52,397 nt of DNA, taken from an uncultured Coriobacteriaceae bacterium. GTDB lineage: Bacteria; Actinomycetota; Coriobacteriia; Coriobacteriales; CADBOM01. Location of the stretch: positions 1,831 through 54,227 of the forward strand of contig CAYRYP010000002.1 in assembly GCA_964428485.1 (NCBI GenBank), in the 5' to 3' direction. The notes beneath the pieces were generated by a model. It ran no database searches. It saw nothing but the letters and a program-made list of their open reading frames with translations, and had not been told where the DNA came from. Each line of letters opens with the position of its first letter. The first letter of the stretch is position 1. Shown here piece after piece: positions 26,529-34,258 of this stretch. A program made the position numbers and the translations under genes.

Positions 26529-27887
26529 TCATCGCGAGGCCGGGCGTGTGCCCTGGCGCTCGTTCGCGGATCTCGGCGCAACCGCCTCCACGGTACACTC
26601 GATCGATCCGTCCGAAACCATCACTGTTATCGGGTCTCCCGGGCTAACCTGCCCCGTGCTCGAGACCACCTTTCCATCCGCTGAATACGCTGCGGCATAT
26701 CCACGGGAGAGGATTGAGAGAGGGGAGAGGTCGTCGAGGCGCGCTGCCGCCATCGCCACGCTCTGCCTCGGTCTGTCGAGGAGTCTCGCTCCTAAGCCCG
26801 CGAGCTTGCCCGACGCGGTCTCGAGCGCTTGCCTGTCGGTGCGGATCGCGTTGGGGATCGCCTTGGAAAGCCTCTCGGCATCCATGTCCAGCCTCACCGC
26901 GAAGGGGGCCAGCAGCGTGCTCGGGTCCGAGATGACGGGTCTCGACGCGAGCTGCGCGAGATGTTTCCTCGAAGAGTCGAGTCTTCCCAGAAGCGCGTTG
27001 GAGATGCGGTCGGCCGCCTGCTCAAGTGTGCGCACGAGCTGGGAGACCTCGACCGTGGTGGACTCCGCCGCAGCAGTCGGCGTGGAGCATCTCAGGTCCG
27101 AGACCATGTCGGCGATCGAGTTGTCCGGCTCGTGTCCGATTCCGGTGACCACCGGATGGCTGCAGGCGACCACGGCTCTGGCTACCCTCTCATCGTTGAA
27201 GGGCATCAGGTCCTCGTAGGAACCGCCGCCGCGCACCAGCAGGATCACGTCGCAGTCGGAAGCGTCGGCCACTTGCAGACCGTTGACGATGGCGTTCGGA
27301 GCGCTCTCTCCCTCAACCGGGATGCCCACCACGTAGACCTCCACCTGAGGCGCCCGTCTACGCAGGGTGCGCAGCACGTCGTGGATTGCCTTCCCGCGCG
27401 GGGATGTCACCACGGCTACGCGCTCCGCCATCTTCGGGACCGGCCTCTTGCGGCTCTGCGCCATTAGCCCCTCGGCTTCGAGTTTCTTGGCGAGCATGGC
27501 CACCTTCATTCTGAGGTCGCCCTCGCCGGCGGGCTTAATCGAGCGCGCCACGAAGTTCATGCGACCCTTGGCAGCGTACAGCGAGAACGACCCGGAGATC
27601 TGCACCAGCATCCCCTGGCGCAGCTGGATGTCGTTTCTTGCGAAGTCGTTCTTCCAGATCATGCAGGGCAGTGCGCTGTCCTTGTCGGTCAATGTGAAGT
27701 AGACCGCCTTGTAGCCGGGCTTGTCGGAGAACTCCGATACCTCGCCCTCGATGCTCACCCGGATGCCCTCGAGCTGGCGTTTCGCGATCATCAGCGCTTG
27801 GGAGACGCTGAGCACCGCCTTGTCCCCGTTTTCCCGCGTGCCCATTGCCTCCGGGAACGCCTCGATTCCAGCCACTCCTTTAGCCAC
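26529..27887 (-). CDS. xseA: Exodeoxyribonuclease VII large subunit
   Basis: N-terminal OB fold (VSIEGEVSEFSDKPGYKAVYFTLTD), a catalytic core (VVTSPRGKAIHDV, LVRGGGSYEDL, VVTGIGHEPD) and a long helical tail. Confidence 0.9.
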   Translation of the reverse strand: MAKGVAGIEAFPEAMGTRENGDKAVLSVSQALMIAKRQLEGIRVSIEGEVSEFSDKPGYKAVYFTLTDKDSALPCMIWKNDFARNDIQLRQGMLVQISGSFSLYAAKGRMNFVARSIKPAGEGDLRMKVAMLAKKLEAEGLMAQSRKRPVPKMAERVAVVTSPRGKAIHDVLRTLRRRAPQVEVYVVGIPVEGESAPNAIVNGLQVADASDCDVILLVRGGGSYEDLMPFNDERVARAVVACSHPVVTGIGHEPDNSIADMVSDLRCSTPTAAAESTTVEVSQLVRTLEQAADRISNALLGRLDSSRKHLAQLASRPVISDPSTLLAPFAVRLDMDAERLSKAIPNAIRTDRQALETASGKLAGLGARLLDRPRQSVAMAAARLDDLSPLSILSRGYAAAYSADGKVVSSTGQVSPGDPITVMVSDGSIECTVEAVAPRSANERQGTRPASR

Positions 27888-28560
27888 GTCTGTTCGCCAG
27901 ACCTATGAAGTAGATGAGCTGTAGCAGCGAGGAGAGCGCGGCGGCGACGTATGTCAGCGCGGCGGAGGTAAGTACGCTGCGAGCCCCGGCGTTCTGCTCC
28001 TCGGGCATGCCGGCCATGGCCCTGATCGCCTCCATCGCCCTGCTGGATGCGTTGAACTCCACCGGCAGGGTGATGAGGTGGAATGCTACCACCACCACGT
28101 ACATGATGATGGCGAGCCACACGAGGTTCATGTTGGCGAGCATGAAGCCGATTATCAGGATGATGATCCACACGTTGGAGGCCACGTTGACCACCGGCAC
28201 GATAGCCATCCTCACCTTGATAGGGGAGTACCCCTTTGCGTGCTGCACGGCATGTCCCGCCTCGTGGCACGCGATCCCGATCGCTGCGACCGACGGCGTG
28301 TCGTAGACGCCCTGCGAGAGGTAGAGCGTGCGGTCGTTAGGGTTGTAGTTGTCGGTGAGCTCTCCAGCGATGCGGCCGACGGCGACGTCGTATAGACCGT
28401 ATGCGTCGAGCATCCTGCGCGCCATCTGCGCGCCGGTGAGACCGCATGCTGCGTAGACCTTCGACCACTTCTTGTAGGAGCTGCGGATCTTCGCCTGAGT
28501 GGCGACCCCTAGCACCAACGTAACAACGACTAACAGCAGGTATGCCGGATCGGAGTACAT
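27880..28560 (-). CDS. Putative membrane neutral zinc metallopeptidase (YugP-like family)
   Basis: The N-terminus MYSDPAYLLLVVVTLVLG..KIRSSYKKWSK and GLTGAQMARRMLDAYGLYDV are typical of the family. HExxH is present as ACHEAGHAVQH. C-terminal TM helices. The stop overlaps the xseA start by 8 nt. Confidence 0.8.
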   Translation of the reverse strand: MYSDPAYLLLVVVTLVLGVATQAKIRSSYKKWSKVYAACGLTGAQMARRMLDAYGLYDVAVGRIAGELTDNYNPNDRTLYLSQGVYDTPSVAAIGIACHEAGHAVQHAKGYSPIKVRMAIVPVVNVASNVWIIILIIGFMLANMNLVWLAIIMYVVVVAFHLITLPVEFNASSRAMEAIRAMAGMPEEQNAGARSVLTSAALTYVAAALSSLLQLIYFIGLANRRG

Positions 28561-28596
28561 CTTGATCTCATCCCTTCACATTGCCTGGCTTTCGAT

Positions 28597-29787
28597 CTAT
28601 GAAGCCATTGCGTCCTCTTTCTTCACGGCTGCTTTCGTGTCGGTGACCTCGCGCGTTGCCACGAGCTGGCCATCCACGACGTGTAGTGACTCCTCACCAT
28701 CGAGGAAGCTTACGAGCTCGTGGCCCACCAGTTCGTAGCGCCAACCGCCGAGCAGCTCGAGATCCTTCCTCTTGCCGTTGGATAGCGCCATCAGATCGTC
28801 GTGGGTCGCCAGCACCTGCGGTGCCACGTTGTTCTCCCTTGCTCTCATGCGCACGATGCCCATAAGCACGTCGGCCAGCGCGTCCGAGCCCGTGGAGGAG
28901 TGTTGTCTTTTGCTCTTTTCGGGCCACGTCGACGGGTCGCTCGACTTTCCCTTGGCGATCAGTGTTACCAGGTCTTTCGCCATCGAGCGGTTCAGCTTCT
29001 CTTTAGCTCCTCTGATTCTATAGAGGTCGTCAACCGACTCCGGTTCTCGACGGCTGATCTCCACGATCAATTCATCGGAGAGTACCCACTTGCGCGGGAT
29101 GTTGCGCTTCTTGGCGATGCGCTCGCGCCAGATCGCGATGTTGGAGACGTGGATCAGCTGGCGACGCGGTAGGGAGCTCGATTTCTTTACCTTGCGCCAC
29201 AGCTCCGACTCAGCATGCTCGTAGATCGACGGGTCCGTCATCGCCTGGAACTCCGAGTCGAGCCAGTGCAGCCTGCCGTTTTCCGTGAGCATCTGCGTCA
29301 TCTTGTCGTACATCGGGATCAGATAGCGCACGTCCTCGAGCGAGTAGCGGATCTGGCTTCCGGAGAGCGGCCTCAGTGTCCAGTCTGTGAGCGAGTCGAG
29401 CTTCTGGAGCCTCACGCCGCAGAGCTCCGCCACGGCCGACGCGTAGCCTACCTGCTGCGGCATCCCTAGCAGAGGCGCTGCGGTCTGGGTGTCGAACACC
29501 GGGGTGGGAACCACTCCGCAGGCATGGTAGAGGAGCTCGCGGTCCTGTCTGCCGGCATGGAAGATCTTCACGGTTCTTGGGTCGGAGAGCACCTTGGTCA
29601 GGGGCTTGAGATTCTTCACCGAGAACGGGTCGATTATGAATTCGAGATCGTCCGTTGCCATCTGAACGAGACACAGGAGTGGGTAGTAGGTCTTGTCGCG
29701 CATGAACTCCGTGTCGATGGCGAGTGCTCGGCACCCCTCGATTTTGTCCATGATCGCCTGAAGCTCGTTTTGACTGGATATAAGCAA
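28597..29787 (-). CDS. rnd: Ribonuclease D (DEDDy exonuclease + HRDC)
   Basis: ExoI LAIDTEFMRDKTYYPLLCLVQ, ExoII FHAGRQDRELL, ExoIII YSLEDVRYL, and an HRDC-like region. TTG start with a GGAG SD. Confidence 0.85.
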   Translation of the reverse strand: MLISSQNELQAIMDKIEGCRALAIDTEFMRDKTYYPLLCLVQMATDDLEFIIDPFSVKNLKPLTKVLSDPRTVKIFHAGRQDRELLYHACGVVPTPVFDTQTAAPLLGMPQQVGYASAVAELCGVRLQKLDSLTDWTLRPLSGSQIRYSLEDVRYLIPMYDKMTQMLTENGRLHWLDSEFQAMTDPSIYEHAESELWRKVKKSSSLPRRQLIHVSNIAIWRERIAKKRNIPRKWVLSDELIVEISRREPESVDDLYRIRGAKEKLNRSMAKDLVTLIAKGKSSDPSTWPEKSKRQHSSTGSDALADVLMGIVRMRARENNVAPQVLATHDDLMALSNGKRKDLELLGGWRYELVGHELVSFLDGEESLHVVDGQLVATREVTDTKAAVKKEDAMAS

Positions 29788-29904
29788 ATCAGCAACTCCG
29801 ATTGCAGTTAGCGATTTCCGTTGGGTATAGTATTTGATTATCTTATCTGATCGTGGGCCGTTCTGAAGCGTGGGCGGTCTTTGACCGTTCCAATGAGACT
29901 AGCT

Positions 29905-30852
29905 ATGAGACTACTGGTAATCAACAACAAGAACTCGGGGCTCGGCGACAACGCCATCTACGACTTCCTGCGCATAATCGGCTGCGAGGGTGATGAGCTC
30001 GTCATACGCAACGTCTCGAGGGATGTGCCCCTGTCTGAGCTCCTCGCGGATGCCGAGAGCTTCGATGTGGTAGTGGCCTCCGCAGGGGACGGAACCATAG
30101 CGGGCGTGTGCTATGAGCTCCGCTACCGCGATGTGCCGGTGGTTCCCTTCCCGGCTGGAACTGGAAACCTGCTGAGTATGAACCTCTCGAGTCCGGGGGA
30201 ACCTCGTGCGATAGCCGACATGGTGCACAAGGGAAATATCGAGCGCTACGACCTCGGTGAGTTGGAGTATGTCACCGATGAGGGCAAGAACCACACCACG
30301 GGCTTCTCGATAATGGCCGGCGCCGGATACGATGCGATGATCATGGATGCTGCCAACGGTCTCAAGGGCGTTTTGGGGCAGAGGGCGTACTATGTCTCTG
30401 CGCTTCTCACGGAAAAGCCCACCAAGGCCAAGATCACCCTCACGGTAGATGGGAAACGTTACACGACATCCGGTATCGCGGTGGTTCTCGTGAACTTCGG
30501 CAAGATTGCGCCCGACATCTCCGTGACCCATGTCAATGACGCACAGGACGGTCTTCTTGAGGCTGTGGTTCTCAAGCCCGACAACAGGTTCAAGCTCATC
30601 CCCGCGCTCATAGCGGCCTTCCTTGACAGGCGTGGGCAGTTCCCAACCCGAACCGGGGCGCTTGAGGTCTATGCCGGGACGGAGATCGAGGTTGTCACCA
30701 ACCCGCCGCTTCCTATTCAGTTCGATGGCGAGATGGCTCATGCACACACCCCGCTGATAGCCCGCTGCCTGCCCGGTGCGCTCAAAGCGATAGTGGACGA
30801 CGAGGAGCTTGCCCGGCTCGACACGCTGAGGATGCTCGATAGCGTGAGGTAG
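29905..30852 (+). CDS. Diacylglycerol kinase-family lipid kinase (YegS/BmrU-like)
   Basis: MRLLVINNKNSG start, and SAGDGTIAGV (the GDGT motif of the DAGK catalytic domain). Alternative starts at 29881 and 29893. Confidence 0.8.
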   Translation: MRLLVINNKNSGLGDNAIYDFLRIIGCEGDELVIRNVSRDVPLSELLADAESFDVVVASAGDGTIAGVCYELRYRDVPVVPFPAGTGNLLSMNLSSPGEPRAIADMVHKGNIERYDLGELEYVTDEGKNHTTGFSIMAGAGYDAMIMDAANGLKGVLGQRAYYVSALLTEKPTKAKITLTVDGKRYTTSGIAVVLVNFGKIAPDISVTHVNDAQDGLLEAVVLKPDNRFKLIPALIAAFLDRRGQFPTRTGALEVYAGTEIEVVTNPPLPIQFDGEMAHAHTPLIARCLPGALKAIVDDEELARLDTLRMLDSVR

Positions 30853-30950
30853 AATCATCGTTGTACCTGGGTGCGACCTGGGACCGTTTCCCACAGGGCC
30901 GCTAGGTGATGCGGGATGGGAACGCGAGGCTGGGATGTTGGGAGGCTGCC

Positions 30951-31343
30951 ATGCTATTCACTTTCGAACTCAAGACGAGGCAGGAAGGTCTGCACAACAT
31001 CACCTCCGAGGTCAGACAGGCCGTTAGCGACAGTGGGGTCTCCGAAGGAGTTGCGATTGTCTACTGCCCCCACACCACAGGCGGCATCACGGTGAACGAG
31101 AACGCCGACCCGGACGTGGTTCGCGATATTAGAACCGCTCTCGAGCGCTTCTTCCCCGATCTCCCCGACTACAGTCATGCGGAGGGCAACAGCAGGGCGC
31201 ACCTGCTCTCCAGCATCGTGGGTCCATCAGAGACATTCATCATCGAGGGCGGGGAGCTTCTGCTGGGTGTCTGGCAGGGAATCTACTTCTGTGAGTTCGA
31301 TCCTCCGCGTTCCCGCAAGTTCTATGTGAAGGTGGTTGGCTAG
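30951..31343 (+). CDS. yjbQ: YjbQ/UPF0047-family protein (secondary thiamine-phosphate synthase-like)
   Basis: 130 aa. HTTGGITVNENADPDVVRDI, NSRAHLLSSIVGPSETFII and GVWQGIYFCEFDPPRSR are characteristic of the family. GGGAGG SD before the ATG at 30951. Confidence 0.85.
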   Translation: MLFTFELKTRQEGLHNITSEVRQAVSDSGVSEGVAIVYCPHTTGGITVNENADPDVVRDIRTALERFFPDLPDYSHAEGNSRAHLLSSIVGPSETFIIEGGELLLGVWQGIYFCEFDPPRSRKFYVKVVG

Positions 31344-31368
31344 ATCCGGCCCCAAGTGCACTAATTCC

Positions 31369-31446
31369 AAACAGTTTCCAAACCGGCTCTAAACAGTTTT
31401 CAAACGTAGTGAAATACTCTGAAACTCAAGGTAAACAGCCCTGTTT
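31369..31446 (+). promoter_or_regulatory. Array of three AAACAG-containing palindromic operator-like sites
   Basis: AAACaGTTT at 31369-31377 and 31391-31399, each inside a 15-nt direct repeat AAACAGTTT(C/T)CAAAC. AAACAGccCTGTTT at 31433-31446. Centre-to-centre spacing is about 22 and about 44 bp. The last site overlaps the -35 position of the adjacent extended -10. Confidence 0.4.
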
Positions 31447-31450
31447 CTTG

Positions 31451-31459
31451 TGATAGAAT
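31451..31459 (+). promoter_or_regulatory. Candidate extended -10 promoter element (TGaTAGAAT) for the 31500 gene
   Basis: TGnTAnnnT lies 41 nt upstream of the GTG at 31500. A GGGGAGGG SD lies 6 nt before the start. Confidence 0.4.
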
Positions 31460-31499
31460 CCCTTCCCAATCCTGCGGGTGTAGCAGGGGAGGGCACAAC

Positions 31500-32552
31500 G
31501 TGCGCTTGCGGTTCAAGGCAAATCTCAAGGGGGCTGTCATTGGGGTTTCGACGATTGTATTGGCAGGGGAGACGGCGCTTCGCGTGACTAGGGCCCTTGG
31601 AGGCCCATCAGCTCTCTCGCCAGTTTTCAGGAAAGAGAGGATCCCCGCCTCCATGCCGGGAAAGCACGAGGCTAGGGATTTTGTGGAGGCGCTGTCGAAT
31701 GCCGTCCCCTGGGCGTTTTCGAGCGAGGAGCCTATCCAGGCGCACATTCTGGTTCGTGGCGAGTCCAGGAACAGGCGACAGGATGCCTTGATTCCGCATG
31801 CATGCTCACTCGAGCTTCCATCGGGTAGCCTGTGTCGGCTTGGTGTCGCACCTTCATCGGGGCACAGGGTGCTCGTGACATCGCCGGAGATCTCGCTGAT
31901 GCACATGCTGGCCCGGCAGAAATCCCTCCACGAGAATCTGCTCCTGCTGTGGGAGGCGTGCGGGTCGTACCAGACCTCGTTGACCTCGGGCGAATCCCGA
32001 TACGAAGTCGCTCCGCTGACCAGCAAGAGCAAGCTCGTATCGTCGATCGCACGGATGCCGGCGCCTATGGGCGGAGTGAAGAAGCTCCGATCTCTCGTGA
32101 GGTTCTTGGCAGATGGGTCCGCCTCGCAGCGGGAGACTGCGCTCGCGTTGCTGATGGGGATGCCCTTCAGGTACGGGGGTTACGGTCTCGGGATCCCAAT
32201 CATGAACAGGGTGGTCAAAGCGTCTAGGCAGGCCTTCGCACTCACCGGGAAGAGGAGCTTCCGGCTCGACATGTCGTGGCCGGGGACCAAGCTGGACCTT
32301 GAATACCAAAGCCGATACTCGCACGAGGGCGAGCAGATGCGCATCAGCGATTCGCGTAGGGAGAAAGCGCTCGGCAGCATGGGATGGCAGGTGGTGGGCG
32401 TGACCGACGTGGAGCTGAACAGCCTCGTCATGACCAATGAGATCGCGGACATCGTCCGAAAAGCCATCGGGAAGAGGCGCCGTGATTTTCCCGAGTGGCA
32501 CCACCGGCTGAAGCTGCAGTTGAGGTCGGGCCTGGGGTTGCCGTCCCGGTGA
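31500..32552 (+). CDS. Hypothetical protein with a C-terminal DUF559/Vsr-like (PD-(D/E)xK-fold) endonuclease-like domain
   Basis: The C-terminal pattern SQRETALALLM..GIPIMNRVV..FRLDMSWPGTKLDLEYQSRYSHEGEQMRISDSRREKALGSMGWQVVGVTDVEL follows the S-x2-E ... D-x-x-W ... (V/L)EYDG..H ... D-x-x-R ... GW-x-V layout of DUF559-type proteins, with EYDG replaced by EYQS. Codon usage is atypical (AGG, TTG and NNG-rich). Both flanks are AT-richer non-coding DNA. Confidence 0.5.
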   Translation: MRLRFKANLKGAVIGVSTIVLAGETALRVTRALGGPSALSPVFRKERIPASMPGKHEARDFVEALSNAVPWAFSSEEPIQAHILVRGESRNRRQDALIPHACSLELPSGSLCRLGVAPSSGHRVLVTSPEISLMHMLARQKSLHENLLLLWEACGSYQTSLTSGESRYEVAPLTSKSKLVSSIARMPAPMGGVKKLRSLVRFLADGSASQRETALALLMGMPFRYGGYGLGIPIMNRVVKASRQAFALTGKRSFRLDMSWPGTKLDLEYQSRYSHEGEQMRISDSRREKALGSMGWQVVGVTDVELNSLVMTNEIADIVRKAIGKRRRDFPEWHHRLKLQLRSGLGLPSR

Positions 32553-32641
32553 ACCTTCGAGGCCAGCTCCTGGTATGGATCTTCAGCTGGAATGAAACTG
32601 CGGCTTGTGAGTGGATTATTGCATCGAAATGCACTTTTCTC

Positions 32642-32790
32642 ACGGTTTTGGTTCAAAAAAGAAGAGTGTCGTGGCGTTTGTTGCTCTCATTTGAGGAATT
32701 GGAGCGGGCAATAGGGAGCGGGAGCAGATCGAATCGAAGCATCTGGGTCTTCAGAAGGGTTTAAAAGTTCGTATCTTGAACCAAAACCGT
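32642..32790. repeat. Perfect 15-bp inverted repeat pair separated by 119 bp
   Basis: ACGGTTTTGGTTCAA at 32642-32656, and its exact reverse complement TTGAACCAAAACCGT at 32776-32790. Both lie in the 347-nt non-coding stretch between the 31500 gene and pta. Confidence 0.7.
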
Positions 32791-32899
32791 CGGATTTTAG
32801 CAATTTGGGGTCGGGTGGCAGTGCCGGGCCTAGGTAGGCATACCAGGGGGCGGAAGGCCGAGCCCAGCGGCATCGCCAGGCCCGACCAGGATCGAGCGT

Positions 32900-33901
32900 C
32901 TACTCGCTTGCTTTCTGGCGCTGGCACTGGATTGCGGTGATGGCGATGACGCCGTATGCATCCTCAGCGGAGCAACCACGCGAGAGATCGTTTACAGGTG
33001 CGGCGAGCCCCTGCATAATCGGGCCGTACGCCTCTGCCTTGGCGAGGCGCTGCACCAGCTTGTAGCCGATGTTGCCGGCGTCGATATCGGGGAAGACGAG
33101 CACGTTAGCCTTGCCCGCGACAGCGGATCCCTTGGCCTTGGAGGTGCCGACGGAGGGGACGATAGCGGCATCAAGCTGTAGTTCCCCGTCGAGCATGAGC
33201 TCGGGCGCCTTCTCCTTGGCGAGCTTGGTGGCCTCGCGTACCTTATCGACAGACTCGCCCTTTGCCGAGCCGTAGGTGGAGTGCGCGAGCATGGCCACGA
33301 CGGGTTCCTCGCCGATGAACGACCTGAAGCTCTCTGCGGAGCTGATGGCGATCTCGGAGAGCTCCTCGGCGGTCGGGTACTGGTTGAGGCCGCAGTCTGC
33401 AAAGACAAACCTGCCGTTGCTACCGAACTCGCAGTCGGGGACTATCATCACGAAGAACGAGGAGACGATCTTGCTCCCCGGAGCGGTCTTTAGAATCTGC
33501 AGTGCCGGGCGCAGTGTGTCCCCGGTGGAGTGGCACGCCCCGCTGACCATGCCGTCGGCCTTACCGGTCTTGACCATCATCACACCGTAGTAGGTGGTGT
33601 CCTTTACGGTGTCGGAAGCCTGCTCGAGGGTCATCCCTTTCTTCTTGCGGATATCGGCGAGAAGCGCGGCCATCTCGTCGTGGTCGGGCGAGTTGGCGGG
33701 GTCGATCACCTCTATGCCGTCGAGGCTGATGCCGTGCGCGGCTATGGCGTCGGGGCTTCCGAGGAGGACAACCCTGGCGATCCCGTTGTCCGCCGCCATC
33801 CTTGCGGCCCGGACGATGCGCTCGTCTTCGCCCTCGGGCAGGACTATCGTCTGAAGATCCTGCTTGGCCTGCTCAACTGCCTGATCAAGAAACGCGCTCA
33901 T
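32900..33901 (-). CDS. pta: Phosphate acetyltransferase (short Pta form)
   Basis: MSAFLDQAVEQAK..IVLPEGEDERIVRAA start, DGMVSGACHSTGDTLRPALQ, and a typical C-terminus. The second of two adjacent ATGs (33901) has better GGAG spacing. The ORF-track start at 34033 adds an implausible head. Confidence 0.9.
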   Translation of the reverse strand: MSAFLDQAVEQAKQDLQTIVLPEGEDERIVRAARMAADNGIARVVLLGSPDAIAAHGISLDGIEVIDPANSPDHDEMAALLADIRKKKGMTLEQASDTVKDTTYYGVMMVKTGKADGMVSGACHSTGDTLRPALQILKTAPGSKIVSSFFVMIVPDCEFGSNGRFVFADCGLNQYPTAEELSEIAISSAESFRSFIGEEPVVAMLAHSTYGSAKGESVDKVREATKLAKEKAPELMLDGELQLDAAIVPSVGTSKAKGSAVAGKANVLVFPDIDAGNIGYKLVQRLAKAEAYGPIMQGLAAPVNDLSRGCSAEDAYGVIAITAIQCQRQKASE

Positions 33902-34258
33902 CATAACTCCGTTTCCGCTGCCCCGCTTTAGCGGGCAACAGCCGTTGTCCTGTCTGTCGAAATTTCGATGGGTGTCATGCATATACAAACATGCCGGGGA
34001 CATGCGCCCTGAAAACACACGCCCCGAAACCATTCAATCATACACTCGAGCCCCGCATGAGCCTGTTCATGCTCTTTGTCCGGAGCTGAGCCGGGTGCGG
34101 GCGGGTGGTGCTGCGCATACCCGCGTTGGGTTAGAATGTCGTTCGGAAAGTTCCGTGCCGGTAGGGATCACACCAAGCGCTCGAGTCTGCAGCGCGCTGA
34201 CATAGGAAAGCATCCAGGCACCTAAATATGGCGTGTAACCAGAGATCTAGGAGAACAA

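Noticed and set aside
25850-26647. A 265-aa plus-strand ORF spanning the HIT and xseB loci.
   Set aside because: It is antisense to two well-supported minus-strand genes (HxHxH triad, XseB helical hairpin). It has no SD and no recognisable motifs.
29893-29916. A tandem duplication ATGAGACTAgctATGAGACTActg at the 5' end of the lipid kinase gene.
   Set aside because: It is a real 9-nt duplication, but it only creates two alternative in-frame starts (MRLAMRLL). There is no evidence of phase variation or a regulatory role.
30853-30950. A possible TPP riboswitch upstream of yjbQ, which is a thiamine-related family.
   Set aside because: No CTGAGA or ACCTGATCTGGATAATGCCAGCG-like core elements are present, and the gap is under 100 nt.
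33945-34205. An 86-aa ORF in the pta-glf intergenic region, as a possible small protein.
   Set aside because: It has no SD, and its composition is Cys/Arg/Pro-rich and implausible. It spans the likely divergent promoter region.
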